Assembly (NCBI GenBank): GCA_050084515.1
Contig: CM114271.1
Span: 35,898,001 to 35,962,000 of the forward strand
DNA length: 64,000 nt
Source: Blasia pusilla
Taxonomy: Eukaryota
Direction: 5' to 3'
This document shows positions 36,972 to 51,405 of the stretch, piece after piece. A model generated the notes under the pieces. The model was not told where the DNA came from and made no database searches. It saw only the letters and a list, made by a program, of their open reading frames with translations. How positions within the stretch are numbered: the first letter of the stretch is position 1; the number at the start of each line of letters is the position of its first letter. A program made the position numbers and the translations under genes.

Positions 36972-38137
36972 GGTTCCAGACGAATTATCTAAAAAATGCC
37001 AACACGAGCCCTTCTAGCCACACGGCTACCCGAAAATCTGCGCAGGAGCGAGTCTATTCCTCTCCCTTTAGACGGAATGATTCCGCCTCCTTGAATTGAA
37101 GACCAGGGTCCAGTAAACTCGACTTGTCTCCTGTACTTAGCAAGCAGGGGCTCAAATAGCAATCCCCATCACAAGGACCAAATAACATCAATACTCCTCC
37201 ATACTCTGCAAAACCAACCACACCTTCCTGTTTCCAAAACCCACCCAACCCCACGCCCACCTTCTTCCCTACCCCACTGTGCGAACCAAATTCACGCCTC
37301 AAGAAGCGCCAATTGAAACGCACGACACTCCAATTCCGCCAGCGTCCCTGCACTCCTTCCTTTACCCCACACTCCTACTGCTCCTGAATTAGGGTTTTCT
37401 GCAGCAATTCGTAGTGCTGTCCGAACCGGTGCCCACATCCAACTCCGTCACAAGACAAGTATAAAAAAGAACAGCGGAACTTTTTCATGGTACAGAAGCT
37501 TCGATCATTTTTTATTACACCCTTTCGACGATTCCTTCTTCGATTTCATTCTATATATCGCTTCTCTGCTAAACGCTGGCAGACCCAGACGACGAGGATA
37601 CAGTGGCCCAGAACAGTCTTCCGTTGCGGCGCAATTTCTTCCCAGCATGAGTCGACTGCAGCCCACGAGTACCAGAGGATGAGCGGGAGCAAAACGCCTC
37701 ACGACTAGCGCCTCGACCTCACACTTCGACTTCCCATGCTCCAAGCGCGGCAGGTGCGAACACTGTTTTGGGTTTATTCCTTTTCATACGTCATCACCCG
37801 TCGTCGTCAAGTCGCCCCGTGTTAACGATATCCCATTCCGTCTAGACTCTAGAGTCTACACCCTTCACTGCACTTCACCCATTCGCAGTAAATAACTACT
37901 ATACTCCGGCCCCGGCCCCGGGCCCCGACGGTGCAACCTCGTGAGAAGGCAAAGATACCTCCACGTGTCATGCCTGTCCCATCTTCCCATGGCTCATTTA
38001 CAGCCCGCATTCACGGTACGCCTGTCGAACAAACGAGCCGCCAAGTGCTTACACGGCTTCTACCTCGCAACCCACAAGCTATGAGACCTACAAAATTGTT
38101 AGGCGTGACGGCTCTTCGTGGAAGACAAGAGAAAGTG

Positions 38138-41100
38138 TAATAATATATAGAAAATAGGATGGGAAACCCGTTAGGATACAAACGAGGGGGCGCAAGACAA
38201 GAAAAAAAAAATTCAAAACCAGCCCGAAGTAAGAAGGGGACCTTCCTTTAATGAATAAAATCACCAACAACAGAGACAATATCAGCAGTACCTAGAAAAT
38301 TATGACTACTATTAAGTGGGCTTCTAGCATTGGCATCTCTAACCGCCTAAGCCCGCCGCAAAAGCCCATTTGCCTCGGCACGTTGCAAAGCTATGGAGAC
38401 TCGTTGCCTACAATAAAGTATCGCACTGGCTAGGGACAACCCATTTCTCAACTGGAGATGATGGGCGCAATCCGTAAGGAACGATTCAAACCTCTCTCCC
38501 ATAGCCCCGTGCATCTCAATGGCTAGGGGGATAAATCCATGTCCATCATGAAGTCGACTATAAATGTGGGTCTTCTTGACCGCCGCCGCCGCTCCTTGTA
38601 GCAATCTGCCTTGCGCCGCCACTTGGGCTCGCACCGCCTCCCGCGTAGGATCTGTCACTATAACATCCGCTACCATCACCTCAGACTCCCTCGTCGTGTG
38701 GAGATCAACACGGATAAGGGACTCCCGCATGGAGTAGTGCCTCTCTCTCTCTCTGTACACGGAATCCACTCTCCCGAGCAATAGAGAACATAATATCCGG
38801 CACTGCATCGTGAGTGGCTTTCCTCTCACCCCCAACTGGACACCGTGCCAAATACACACCAAGTGGATCAAGACTCCGGCCACACTTGCAATGTGTCGAA
38901 CCAACCACCGATGGTTGGGGTAGGCCTAGTCGGTACCGTATCGTTGTAGTGTAGGTAAGTGGTGCAATGCGGAAAGCCGGGATGAGGGGACGAGCCCCCA
39001 CCCATGAGCATGCACCCTTTCCGGAGCAAGAGCGAATACGAGCCCGAACCTCCATGGGGATATTCTCGTCCGACATAATAGCTCTAAACAATGCATCAAA
39101 GTGGGCTTCCATCAAAGAAGATTGGAGCCCATACTGTCTGGGGGTAACTAGGGAAGAGAAAGCGGGAAGAACTGCTCTAGCCTCAACAAGAAGGGAGTCT
39201 CTACAAGCTCTGAGTGAAGACTGAAGTGGGAAAAGACCATCCTCAACCTAGGAAACGTAATGTAAAATTAGCGATCTATCCCCAACCAAAAATTGGGAGC
39301 AAAGGAGGGGTGCTACATTGGCCCAACTCCCTAAAAAAGGTGAAGACGCCACTAACTCAATCGTCATAAGACATACTCCACCAAAGGCAATCGGCCAAGA
39401 AGCTTGTCTATAAGCTAACTCCCCCGCGGGGCACTCTAATGAGCCGGGTCCTAGAAGATCCCCAAACGCCTGTAGGATCTTTCTATCAAAGGATCTATAC
39501 AAGGAAGAAATATGGCTAGACGCCCACACGGTTCTACACAGACAACCAGGTCTACGAGCAAAACATGACGAGAGGATTCCATAAGCTACTTGAGGGTCAC
39601 CAATCCTCGCGAGATCGTCGACGTGGAGAAGATCCTTGGTAAGAGCCGCTGCCACAACACTCGATACAAAGTCATGGCTCCCGAGTGGGACTCCCAAGAT
39701 GCGAAGCCCTCCAACAGGTGTCAAAAAACCATCAAGTAAATGAATATCCGTTGACAAGCCTAATGAAGACCAAGTCTTGCACTTTCCCATCTTCATGGTG
39801 AGGCCGACACATGCCAACTATGCTGAAAAGTGCTGAAATGTAGGAACGACCAGGTCTCCAAGGCCAACAATGTGAGTATCATTTGCCAACGAAGGGAAAA
39901 TGCAACCCGGTAAAGCCTCCACCGTAGAAAGAACCGCTCGATAATGAGCCAAAGCAAACAATGCACCACCCAAGGGATCACCCTAAAGCATCCCGATATC
40001 AGACTCCGATACCGTGACCTCCTCCTCAAACCTACCGTGGTGAAAATAGAGGGCCGAGGGGGCCCCATAAAAAGTATGCACGAAGGGAATCAGACTCGCT
40101 ATAGGACCCCATGCGTCTCAGTGAAGATAGCTGGCCAAGACATTGAGTTAAAGGCGTTCTCCACATCAACTTGGAGAACCACCCACTCAAGATGTATATC
40201 TAAACAAGCCCTCAAACCTAAGGCTACCGCCTCACAACCGGCTGGGATAGCAACTCTGAACTGGTGCGAACTCAAATGTGGCTAGAAAGCCTCAAAAAAT
40301 TGCAAACGATAGTGCGACTCACCAACCGTAATAGCACCTCCCCTATGGCGATCGAACGGATCCCTCCACCCTCCTTCGACAACGCCAAAAGTCGCACTGC
40401 CCCCAATACCTGGGCTACTACTGTTGGCACTCTCCCCTGAGCTAGGTGAGAGGCAATCTGAAGCAACTCGGAAAAGCTGCTAGCAGAGTCCTCGGGGGGA
40501 AAGCAATCACGAAGGTGTTTGTACATTATACCGGACAACCCTCCAGCTGCTTTCCTAAGGGAACGCCCAGGTGCCCGCGCAAAGAGGGACGGGTCTAGGC
40601 ATAAGGTTGTGTTAGGATGGAAGTCACGTACAAATGTTGGGATGTCAACCGCTGGACGAGGATGTAGCCTCTAGAGGGCGTCAATGGTAACAGCGGAAGG
40701 AGGAGCCATATCCATAGGGCAAAGCGCACGAGCCGCTCGCGAGTACTCCTCGGCTCGCCCAAATGTCCTACATCATCGCAATCTGGCTGCTTCAAGATCA
40801 TCCACTGGGAAACCAAGTGAAGTGCTACCTCTGGCATATGCCACGAACTCGCTCTGCAGAGACTCCCAATCGCCTCCTCGGAAGCGCCGCAATCAAGCCA
40901 CAACCTCTCTATGGCCAGCCTTCCCTCCTCGGGTATAGCGAAGAAACCATCGTGGAAGGACAAGTAGTAGATACCACGAGAGCTCATCCATAGGATCAAG
41001 CGCGATCCTAGATAGGGGAAGGAAAAAAGTCTAGTGAAGCTCATCCCGAATGGCATGGGGGATCCTATGAAACAACCTCGGGTAGGGAAAACGGGTCTCA

Positions 41101-42014
41101 AAGAAACCTGTGGTGTTGCCAAGGTAGGATCTCAACCACTCCCATGCCTTAGGAGGGGGCGATGATGCATGTAGCACCTATGAGCATACATGATCGACTG
41201 GAGGAACCACCCATCCAAATCTATCAAAGTCAGGATGTTTAGCCGCTAAGTGGTTCCGAATTCCTAAACGAGTGAAGAATTTTGGACAACAAGGGCATTT
41301 CGTATCCCGAATAGACGACCCACGGACCCCTATGCGAGGGGCCGATGCGGGTCAAGGCATGGACACCGCACACCAAGAAGAGAACATGACCCCCTCCATC
41401 AAACTCGAGAAACGATCCCCACCAGAATCCGTCCAACAACCCCCATTCGAACTAGCACTAATGGTAATCGACTCTCTTCCTGTCCACAAAAATGCTCTCC
41501 CTAGTATGAACTCTCATGTACCATCTTCACCTAGGACTTATGACCCAACCCCTTCCCAAAATAACGTAGAGGTAGTATGGAGGTCCGGATGATATGGAAA
41601 GAGAATAGACGGGAAAGAATATATGGGAATAGAGTGGGATAAGGGAGAAAAACATGGATCAAACGTGAGCGAGAAACATGAGTGGCTACAGGATAAGGAC
41701 ATAGAGAAAAAGGGATGGTGTGGAAGAACAACATGAGTTGTCTTGGAAATATTCATGACATGACAACGAAACGAGACAACAAAGAGGACCCTAATACCTA
41801 CATGAGAAACCCTAAAAAATCAAGAATCTAAGAAACAAAATAAAATGAACAATACTTCACTATAAGATTGATGTTGCGGATCAAAACATAGAGGAGACCG
41901 ATATCTCCGTCCGGTATAACACACGACCCTCTTCCATCCTCCATCACTCCATCAAAATCCGTTCCCGCCTCTTCACCATCCTCCGCGACCTCTGTGGGAG
42001 GTAGGGTTGATCGA
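38138..42014 (-). mobile_element. CRE-like non-LTR retrotransposon (RT plus C-terminal CCHC/restriction-like endonuclease), TSD-bounded, degenerate
   Basis: RT motifs GIRSIAIGEVLLRL, QVDVENAFNS, GDPLGGALF, SLANDTHIVG, GLRILGVPLG. RLE region CKCG..LD..G.YL..C..GGER..THD, RVDL...ADVIVTDP, KK..Y, FIPLAIEMHG. TSD core TCGTGGAAGACAAG at 38116-38129 and 42015-42028; short AT-rich 3' tail. Confidence 0.88.
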
Positions 42015-42029
42015 TCGTGGAAGACAAGT

Positions 42030-42900
42030 GAGGTGGAAGAGGAAAGAAGTTTTTACTGACTTAAAGGTGCACGATGACCATTTATGTTCATCGAAACTTG
42101 TTTGATATTTCCAAATTTTTTCTTGAGCATCCCTAATCAATGTTGGGGGGAGATCAGATGACAGGTCCCGATTTATTTTGCGATTGGATTTATGTTGTTT
42201 CTTTGTATCTGAAATTGGGATTATCATTTCCGTATGGGATTCCTAGGGAAAACTTTGAGAACCCTGGCCCCAATCGGAAAAATTGGGAAGGGTTCCCAGA
42301 GGATTTCATGAGAGCGATTGGGGATTTTTCCGCAACCAAAACTTCCACAGTTCTCAAATTGCCGGATAAACCCTATCTGTTGGAATTTTCTTTTGTGTAT
42401 GGCAATGTTGTCGCGACTAAAAGAAGTTCCCTACCATGCGTGTCACGGCCACCTTAGGAGGTCGAGGATTTTTCTACCACCAAAACCTTTGGATGTAGAA
42501 TGGTCCTTGGGTCATTATTCTTTGGACATTGTAATAAACTTCCGAAGTTTTATTCATTACTTGTTGGCAAAAGGTTTATGTTTGTACGTCAACGTCATTG
42601 CGAATAAAATTACTCTCCATGGAATCGAACCCTTAGTGTGCCTCCCGAGAAGCCCATAGACAGCCGCGGTTTGGTATTTATTGCGAGACCGAGCAGCTTG
42701 AACGCGGGCAGGCCAGGAAGAGGAGACTGCCAAAATGAAGCACCGAGGGGCGGAATCAAACCTGGGCACCGCTCCCGCATGCCACGACCTTTCCCACTTG
42801 CCTAGGGGCATTCCACGGTGTCATGCAAGGGAGCTTCGTTATTACATATGTAAATATTTTTTTATTACCTACCCTGGTCTTCAGTCCGTTGGAGCCGATC
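42030..42900 (+). pseudogene. Possible degenerate F-box/kelch-like relic
   Basis: EVFTDLKVHDD..KLV (F-box-like), LEFSFV..NVVATK..LPC, FSTTKTF and FYSLLVG occur in the expected order. Confidence 0.35.
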
Positions 42901-45318
42901 GGTCTCGAAAAAAATGAAAAATCACAGCAATCTCAGGTCTTTGGTCTCCCGACCGTTGCCACGTAATACGAAGCTCATTTGATGAACATTGTTCACATAT
43001 GGACTCTTGTGTGGAGTAGTGCGCTAACAAGAGCACTACCACAAAACAAGAGCTCCAACACGTGCACTGTGTTTTTTATTGTGCCTTCATTTTCCATAGT
43101 CTCGCACTTGTAGATAAGTCACTTTCATTCTAGTGTGAAGTATGCACCATCAAGGATTTTGGCATAATTATATACTAATAAAATTCCCGTGCATTTAACT
43201 AGTGGTGTCTCCAAAAAGGATGGAGGTGGATGAGAAAGGTTAAAACTTTGGCAATCGTATATCATCCAAAGATCCATATGCAACACTATGTATGTTTGGG
43301 TTTGTATTACTCATAATACAATGGTTCTATAGGACAATGGTTAGGTTAACACTCCAATACAAATGCGAAATGTTTGGGTCTATATTACTCATAGGGCATA
43401 ATATGATTAATCATAGCAAAATGAATACCATATGATTCAAATTGCCATATGCTTGATGGATAGTATGAGTCTTTTTTAATCCCTAGTGGCTGGATAAATT
43501 TACTTGCAAGGGCTTGTGAATCAGCCCTCAAACCTTGCGACTAAATTTGAGGGCTATGAAATTAGAAGTGCAAAAAAATGCCCCTTAGGATTCACAAGGC
43601 CCTTATCGTGGTTTTTAATACCATTAGTGTCCAATTCTCCGAATAACTTTTACCTACCAAGACTAAGAGATTAGAATTTAAGATGATTTTCTACTTCTTC
43701 TTTGGGTCCATGCACTTGAGGAGGGGGATGCCACCTTTGTGAAAATGTTAGCATAGTTTTGGATGGTTTCAAACTCGTAATTCTTTAACCTTATATTATA
43801 AGTGTTTTGTACAAACATTTAAGTTGGTAAGTGCTTGGTTGAGGGTTGTGTTTAAGACTAGCAAGAAGAATGAAGATTCTAAGTGGCCAAAGACCAAAAA
43901 AAAAGTACATGACCATGAAGAGAGGTTATGATATTTCAAAATTCCCTAATAGTTGCTAAGGTGATTTAGAGTCTATAATTCTATAGGTCTACGGAACCAA
44001 GATCAAGAAAATCAGGATGCTAGATTACCAATTGTCACCTTGGGTAACACAATAGCATGGCAACCTCAAGATACCAAACCAGCTTCCATTCATAAATTCA
44101 TACATTGAACCATTTATAAGGCCATCTAAGGATATCTGCTAGAGAATACACAAGCATCGGGATGCCCAAAGTCCAAATGAATCATCTCTGAAAAGAAGCC
44201 AAAGGCACATTGCTTAATTGGAAAACTTAGAGGATTTTTCATTACTAACTTTGGTTTGGTCTGTTCATACAAGCATTTAATAAAATACTCTCCCGCCACT
44301 TTTGTTTCTCGTGATTTGACATTGGCCCTCAAATTCTAGGCATACGTAGCATGCATATTGTAAGGGAACATTGTTTGGACCGCATGCAATAGGACTTTCT
44401 ATCTATATGATACAAATACAATGTTTGGATAGTCAAGAATAGGGATTGCCTTCAGAGAGTTAGAGCAAAACCACTTCCACTTCTCGTTGCTCCAAGTTCT
44501 CAAATTTTATGTTACATGCAAAACCTTTAAACTATTTGGGCTCTATTCAAAAGACATAACTATCCAAAGGACTACTTTATACCCATTGGTATCTTGCAAC
44601 TATTCCATGTGCCTATTTACATGGTTATTTCTTGGAACTTGTACAAGTATGATATGTGGATAAGAACATTGGAATGACATCTTATCCAATGAATGGGTAA
44701 TGCAACTTCCTATATACGAGATATATATTTAGAGAAGTTCACTCAAATCTTATGTTCTTGTGCATTATTGACAAAACAAGGTTGATTCTTGAGGTGTTGA
44801 AGTGATTGCAATTGCATTTGATTAAACAAGTGCACTAGCTAGTAATATCTGCCATTTTCAAACAACAATATTACGTTTTCCTTCATCCATCCAAAGTGCT
44901 TTTGTACATGTCTTGAGTTCCAAGATACTAGGTGGCCTTCTACACATATAATAACATGGGATGTGATGATTGGAATGGACTTCCAAAAGCTATTAAACCC
45001 TTTTTTGTATTAATTCCTTGATTAAAGAAATTCACAATACAAGTCTACTTATGATTAAGAGCAATGGGTTGATAACTACGTGGGATTGTCCCCCATATTC
45101 ATCTTGTCATCAAACGCTTTGAAATTGATGGTCCTCATAATTTCCCCAATAATACATGTGTTACGGAAATATTTTCATATTTCCAACTTCTATATCCAAT
45201 CCACATGAACATATCATTGAAATCATTTGACCAACTCTCCAATCTAGACTAATCTTGACAATGTGCAAGCTTAGTGTAACTTAATACCTCCAAATCCTAA
45301 TCAAGTATCAGTTTGACA

Positions 45319-45917
45319 TGTCGTGCGTATCCACAACATGTATTGATGCTAATAATTATAAGTGAATAAACATAAGATATCATACTCACTCATGGCATCT
45401 AAATACCAATATAATAGTGTACCAAAATTTCTCCACTTAAATCAAGATCACTGCAACGGTGCACACAATCTCCATCTCTATCTCATATGTCTCATCTCCA
45501 TTCTCCTAATGAGAGGCTTGGATTACTCACAAGGCAAGAAGGACCATACCTTTGCTGCCTCATGCTAAGAGGTTCAACAAAGAGAGAATGAGCTAAAAAA
45601 CTCCCTTCCATTGGGAAAACCCCTTCCCTCTCCCAAACTCTCTCAACAGTAGTATGTACTTGCAGCTTACCTCCTTGGCTCTTGAGATGTTATAGGGGAT
45701 TAATGACCACTTCTCAAAATACAAAGTCAAGTATGTTGCAAATAATAACCTACCCAAAATATTAAGTTTCTCAGTATAGTAGAAAGTTAGCCAAAATAAA
45801 GGAAAAACGCGCCCTCTCAAGTTATCTGAAACCTCAATTAGTCATCCTCAACTTCTAGAGGGTATCCTCCAATCTCATTGAGTGGATACTCTTTGATCCA
45901 TTCTAAGAGATTTAACA
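45319..45917 (-). mobile_element. Solo LTR family A, reverse orientation, followed by a short second partial copy (~45922-46030)
   Basis: Starts TGTCGTGCG, the reverse complement of the 28269 end. Internal CCCTTCCCTCTCCCAAACTCTCTC and CCTCCTTGGCTCTTGA. Confidence 0.8.
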
Positions 45918-47249
45918 ACTCTCGTGTGCGTACATATTGCTACACAACATACATCATTGTTAGTAATTTCAAGCACATAAACACAATATACCATATTCAC
46001 TCATGGAATTTGAATACCAAAATATCTCTAATTCCCACCCTAGCTAGTGGGTAGATTGCTCTAACTCTATATAGTCCTCTATTCCTACCAACCATGACAC
46101 ACATATCTAAGATGCTTAGAGCCAAAAGTCTTGGTGCTCATGTGATCCCATTGTTAGTCGTCTTCTTGTCCACGGTATCACTACCTAGTACCTACTATAT
46201 ACATTTTGGGCACATCCATTGTCTATAAGTATATGAGGCATCAAATTTGTTATGTGCCATCTGCTTGAACATCTATCATATACTAGGATAGTCGTTGTAT
46301 CATGGGCACATCCACACAACATACAACGCAAGCCTATAGAAACTACTGCTTAACTCAAATCAACTATACCATCAATGTTAGGAAAATGACATGGTGCACA
46401 AATATGCTTGTGGTTCTTCCAAACCATATCATCATGTCTGTCCAATTAGAGAAGACAAGATGAAAACACCTCACACACTCTCAAGTTGGTGTGATTACTG
46501 TTATATCCAACGTTGTAAGTATCATTTAGGATTTAGTCCATAAGACCATCCTCTATTAAAAGTATAGATTTGGGAATCTTAGAAAGCATTTTTTCCTATG
46601 AATAAACTTAACATATGTTGTCATGTGGATGGGGACACCATTGATATGTTCCCTCTCTATTTGCAGCCACCTCAAGATCCATATTTGAGCTATGGAAGGC
46701 ATTAACTTTCAAGAATGAAGAGAATTTACAAGGTTTTTATTAGAAGAGATTAATGTACTCGGACCTTCTCAGTCAACTTTACCGATTCATTGTAAGAATA
46801 ACATATAGTTTTTATTCTTTCATCCACTTCTTATTTCTCCCTTATAAGGCATCTTAAAATATGTTCCTATCTTGCGGTTATTGCTCCTATACATTCCAAT
46901 GCATTAAGTGTTGAAAGATGTTTGTGTTTAAAGGATTCTTATGATTCAGTTGTCTTATGTTCTATGTTGTAGTTCAAAGGCTAGCTACATAGATTGAAAT
47001 GAATCACCTGTTCAAGAGTTTTGATGAGTTTGAGTTCTCTCTTGACTACTATATGAACTCACATTGTAGAGTTCAACCTCTACTCCTTGCTTCACCTTGA
47101 AGCACTCCCAACCTTGAGCTTTGCAAGAAAAATTCTTGGGCTGATTCTCAAAGATACAACTAATAATGATTGCACATTTTGAAGGTAGGCGAGAAGCCGC
47201 CAACCACCAATATTACAACAGGTAAATGAGGATTTCAACCATAAAGCAA

Positions 47250-49570
47250 AAAATAAGGTGATAAAGATGCTAAGAACGCATGCTTTCTAAATTTATATAT
47301 ATCCCATTGCTAATCGTAGCAACTATAGGTCCCAATCTCCTAGGTGGTCTATTTGAAAGCCATAATTACGTAAACCTCTCTTCATCATCTAGACAACTCT
47401 CTCCAATTAGTCCATTCATTTCAAGTTGATATTTTGAAGTAGTGTAATGGTCAATTAGTACCTAATCACGTAAGGCTTGAAAACTCCTTGTGAAAATCTA
47501 CACCCTCATCTCTAAATATCTCAACTGGAACACCATAATGACTCATCACTCCATCTAAGAATGCATATGGTACTCTCTCATTCGATTTGACATGCAATGC
47601 AACCCAACTCTATGTACTTTGGAAAGTGCTCGACCATCACCAACACATGACGACTATGACACTCTTTCGAAGGTAAGGTCCCTAAAAAATCCAAACTCCA
47701 TCTACAGCCTAAATCCATGATCGGAGTGGATGCAATGAACAATATGGTTGGACTCAATCATATACCATGCATTTGGCAATAAAGTACTGAACGTCCATTT
47801 GTCTACCTCGCTACCAATATTATTTCCAAAGCAAGTTATACGTCCGCTTCACTCCAAAAGTGTATGAACTCTTTATGGGCATAATGCACCAATCGTGCTC
47901 TCTATTAAGGATGAGGCACTACACGTACTCTACCATCCTCCTCCCACACCAGTAAAACATGTATCCCCTCCCTCTCGAAGTGTTTGCAATTGGCTAGTTG
48001 TAAGATACAATTCCGTTATATATAAGTGGGATCCATTGTGTTGGCGATGTTGCCAAGATGTAGGAAATCCAAGACTATCCCATCCTCATGGATATCTCGA
48101 CCATATGTTGCCTCTTGAACTACCTCTAGATCTAAAGACTCTCCATCATATCTCATCATCAAAGTCCCAAAATTTTGGCTCTCCATAGCCAACAAACCCA
48201 AACAAGCTTCGGCATGCTAATCGGGCACCATCTCTTCAAACCTCCCTCCATGCCAATGAGCTCAAGTTATGACTCATCGACTTGGGCATGGATAACGATC
48301 CAACCCATCTATGTCCTAATGGAGCATCCTCAGTCAATGTACCACTTGGAAATCATATTCCTTCGATAATAGACCCCACCTAGCAAGCTTCCCTATAAGC
48401 CTGTTGGACTCTTTCAACCCCTTAAGTCTAGTCTTACGTGGTTGATGATCAATAATGATGGTATAGGGATCGTCAAATAAATAACACGTGAAATATTTGA
48501 CAACCCACAGTACACCTAAGCACTCACCTTCATACAAGCTATACTTTGCCCTTGCTAGAGTTGTTTGAGCAACTAGTCTAAGCCACCACAAACTCTCTAC
48601 CCTCATCATCACGTTGGGTGAGCACCACTCAAAGCCCCAACATACTCCAATATGTATGTCATTGGAAAGCATGTCCCTTAATAAATCTTCTTAATATATG
48701 TGTGAATGTCAATTTATCCTCGAGTAGTTGAAATGCACTCTCTTGCTCATCCCCCCAATGCCACTTATGATCCTCATGGATAAAGGATTAAGTAGAGGAC
48801 TCGTAATCAAACAAAAATCCTTCATGCATCTGAGATAAAAAATTTTCAATTCCATGAATATCCGAACTCAACTCATATCTATAGAACATGGAATGTAAGA
48901 GATAGCCTCCATCTTTATCTACTAAACACTAAGGCTTAATGAGTACATCGTATGACCAAATTAATGAATTTGATCATTAAAAAACTTGTAATTTTTTGAA
49001 CGTAGCCTCAGCCCACATAATTCCAATCGTCCAAAGATATTGCTCCTACTCCTCAATCGTGGCACTGAAGACTATGATATTGTTGATGTAATACCTAACA
49101 AAATCTAGATATGCCAAGATCCTATCCATGATCCTCTAAAACTATGTCGGGTCATTCTTTAATCCAAAAGGTAAGAATTGCCATTAGTACAAAAAATCCT
49201 TCCTATGAGGATCAATGCCCCAAAATATTGTGTTTATGCCGATCTTCTATTGTGATAGGAAGTTGATGGTATCTGGCTCAGTATTCTAAAGAACTTAAGA
49301 CCTTTGCATCTCCAATAACATCATAGATCTACTCATGAGTGAGTATAGCATACCTATTACACTTCATATGGCAATTGATATGTTGATTATCTCCACATAT
49401 TTGCATATCCGTCTAATTATTATGCATATCCTTCTTGGTGGGCATGACAATGGCAATTGCATACTCTCCATGCAACATCTCCACTAGTCTTGGCTTGACC
49501 AAGTTTTGGCTCTTGTTGTGAATCATGGCCCTCTTTATGGAAATGTACTTATATTTTCGTGACCCTCATA
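47250..49570 (-). mobile_element. Ty3/gypsy pol relic (RT, RNase H, integrase), same family as 11330-13255
   Basis: TIFWGIDP..K, FLPFGLKN, KYSLYEGECLGVLWVVKYF..YLF, IIDHQP, KLARW..L.EYDFQVVH, then GCRWSLDF and MVEHFPKY (integrase core). Collinear with the 11-13 kb copy. Confidence 0.9.
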
Positions 49571-50155
49571 ACCAAACGAGCGCCAAGTGGAACATCTGAA
49601 CTCTAGCGGGCTCATGCTAGGAGGGTTCGCACTTTTGAGAGCTCTCAACAAGAGACACGTTAGGAAACATAAGTGCGAGACGCGAGGGAGGCTAGCATTT
49701 TGAGTGTTTGATAAGTTTATGGTTGTAATTAGGAGACCACAAAAAAATGCAAACCCAGACTTGAGAGGAGTCGAGTCTATGAAACGTGGCCAGGGGATGA
49801 GAACCGGATTTGGAACGTTACTAGCATTTGGGGTTTATGATTGTATTTTCAACCATAACTTATAATCTTGAAATGCGATTGAGACAAGTAAGGTGGCGTT
49901 GGAAAGCTTATGTAGAGCTAGTTCCAACACACCAAAGATCTTAGCACACGCAAAAGTAGAGGCTGAGATATTGGCCAGAAATAAATGTAATGAGAGTGGG
50001 GTTCAAGGCCAAGAGGAGGGGCCCGGAGGTCTCTTCCCCAAAGGTAGGGGGAGGGGGGGGGGGAGATCCCTAGAAGTACTAATAAAGGGGAAGGTCTCCA
50101 AGGGTGCTTGGGACTCAAACAAACCCCACGTTAGAGCGCCGCAAGGCAACTCAAG

Positions 50156-51405
50156 GGCACGAAATGGATCGGGAGTTTGGCGTTGGGATTCGGAACCCAA
50201 ACCAAGTCCAATAGAGTGGATTTTGGAGGTCCTTATTGAATTCCAACCCATAATTCATATTATTGGATCTCAATTTGGGGCTCATGCGAGGTCCATTAGA
50301 CAGTCAAATCCGCTAGCTGCACAAACGTCATGTTAGGTATTTGGACTAACTAGAAAATCTATCCCAAGTCTTGAAATTAAGACTTGCCTATGTTGGGAAG
50401 CTAGGAATGAGGAAAGGTTGAGCTTGATGAGATGCCTAGTTGAGGACTCAATGGGTTGGAAGGCCGAGTGACCCATACCAGACTAACGTGAGTATGTTTG
50501 GATATAGATCGGCGATGAGAGCGTGTCTTATTGACCGTACGCTTTTGCGATAGTAAAGATTGACGTTCAAGGGGAGTAGGCGCACGATATGCATAGTCAT
50601 CAAAAGATATATTGACATGTTGCTAAACAACTCAATGTGGATCCCTAAACCCTTCAACATACCCAAATCATGCATATTAAATGCAAAATAGCTCCAATAA
50701 CTCTTAAGGAATTGATGTATCTGTCATTGATCTCCTCATGTCAACTTAGGAGTCATATTTGGCTGCCAAGTCTCCATCGTGACTATTGTAGGACTCTTTG
50801 GTACACATGGTTTTGGTTGATATCGTACAACCCTATCCAAAACAATTGAACTTGACTTCTCTTATGCATCAAACTTAAACATCTTGTCTTGTAATGCTCC
50901 TCAGTATTTAAGACCATGAACCGCAATTGCTTTTATGGTTTTGCGTCTTAATCTCACTTCGGGACGCCGTAGGGCAAACTAACGGCACGGAATGGATCAG
51001 GAGTTTCACGTTTGGATTCAAAACCGAAACCAAGTCCAATAAAGTTGATTTTAGAGGTCCTTATTGGATTCCAACCCACGACTTATTTAGGTAGGTTTTG
51101 GTTAGGAGCTCATACGAGGTCCATTGGAAAGTTGGGACCGCAAGATATGCGAATACCGTTTTAGGTGCTTGGACTATCCAGAAAGTATGTTCCAAGTCTC
51201 AAAAGCCTTTTTCATGTTGGGAAGGGAGGAACTAGGAAGTTTGAGCTTAATGAAGTGTATGGTTGAGAACTCGATGAGCTGGAAGGCTTCTTGGTCTAGA
51301 CCAGACTAGCGTGAGTGTGTTTGGGTGCAGATGAGCAATGATGTCCTACTAAACGTATGTAAACGCAACACTAAAGATTGATGTTTAAGAGGATTAGATG
51401 CATGA
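50156..51405 (+). repeat. Diverged ~430-bp direct repeat (50156-~50590 and 50984-~51405), probably TE non-coding sequence
   Basis: GGCACG.AATGGATC.GGAGTTT...AAACCAAGTCCAATA...GAGGTCCTTATTG.ATTCCAACCCA...CCAGACTA.CGTGAGT occurs in both copies. Confidence 0.85.

Noticed and set aside
44100-45250. Possible hAT (DUF659-type) transposase traces on the - strand
   Set aside because: Motifs such as EVG and STHC are too decayed to support by eye.
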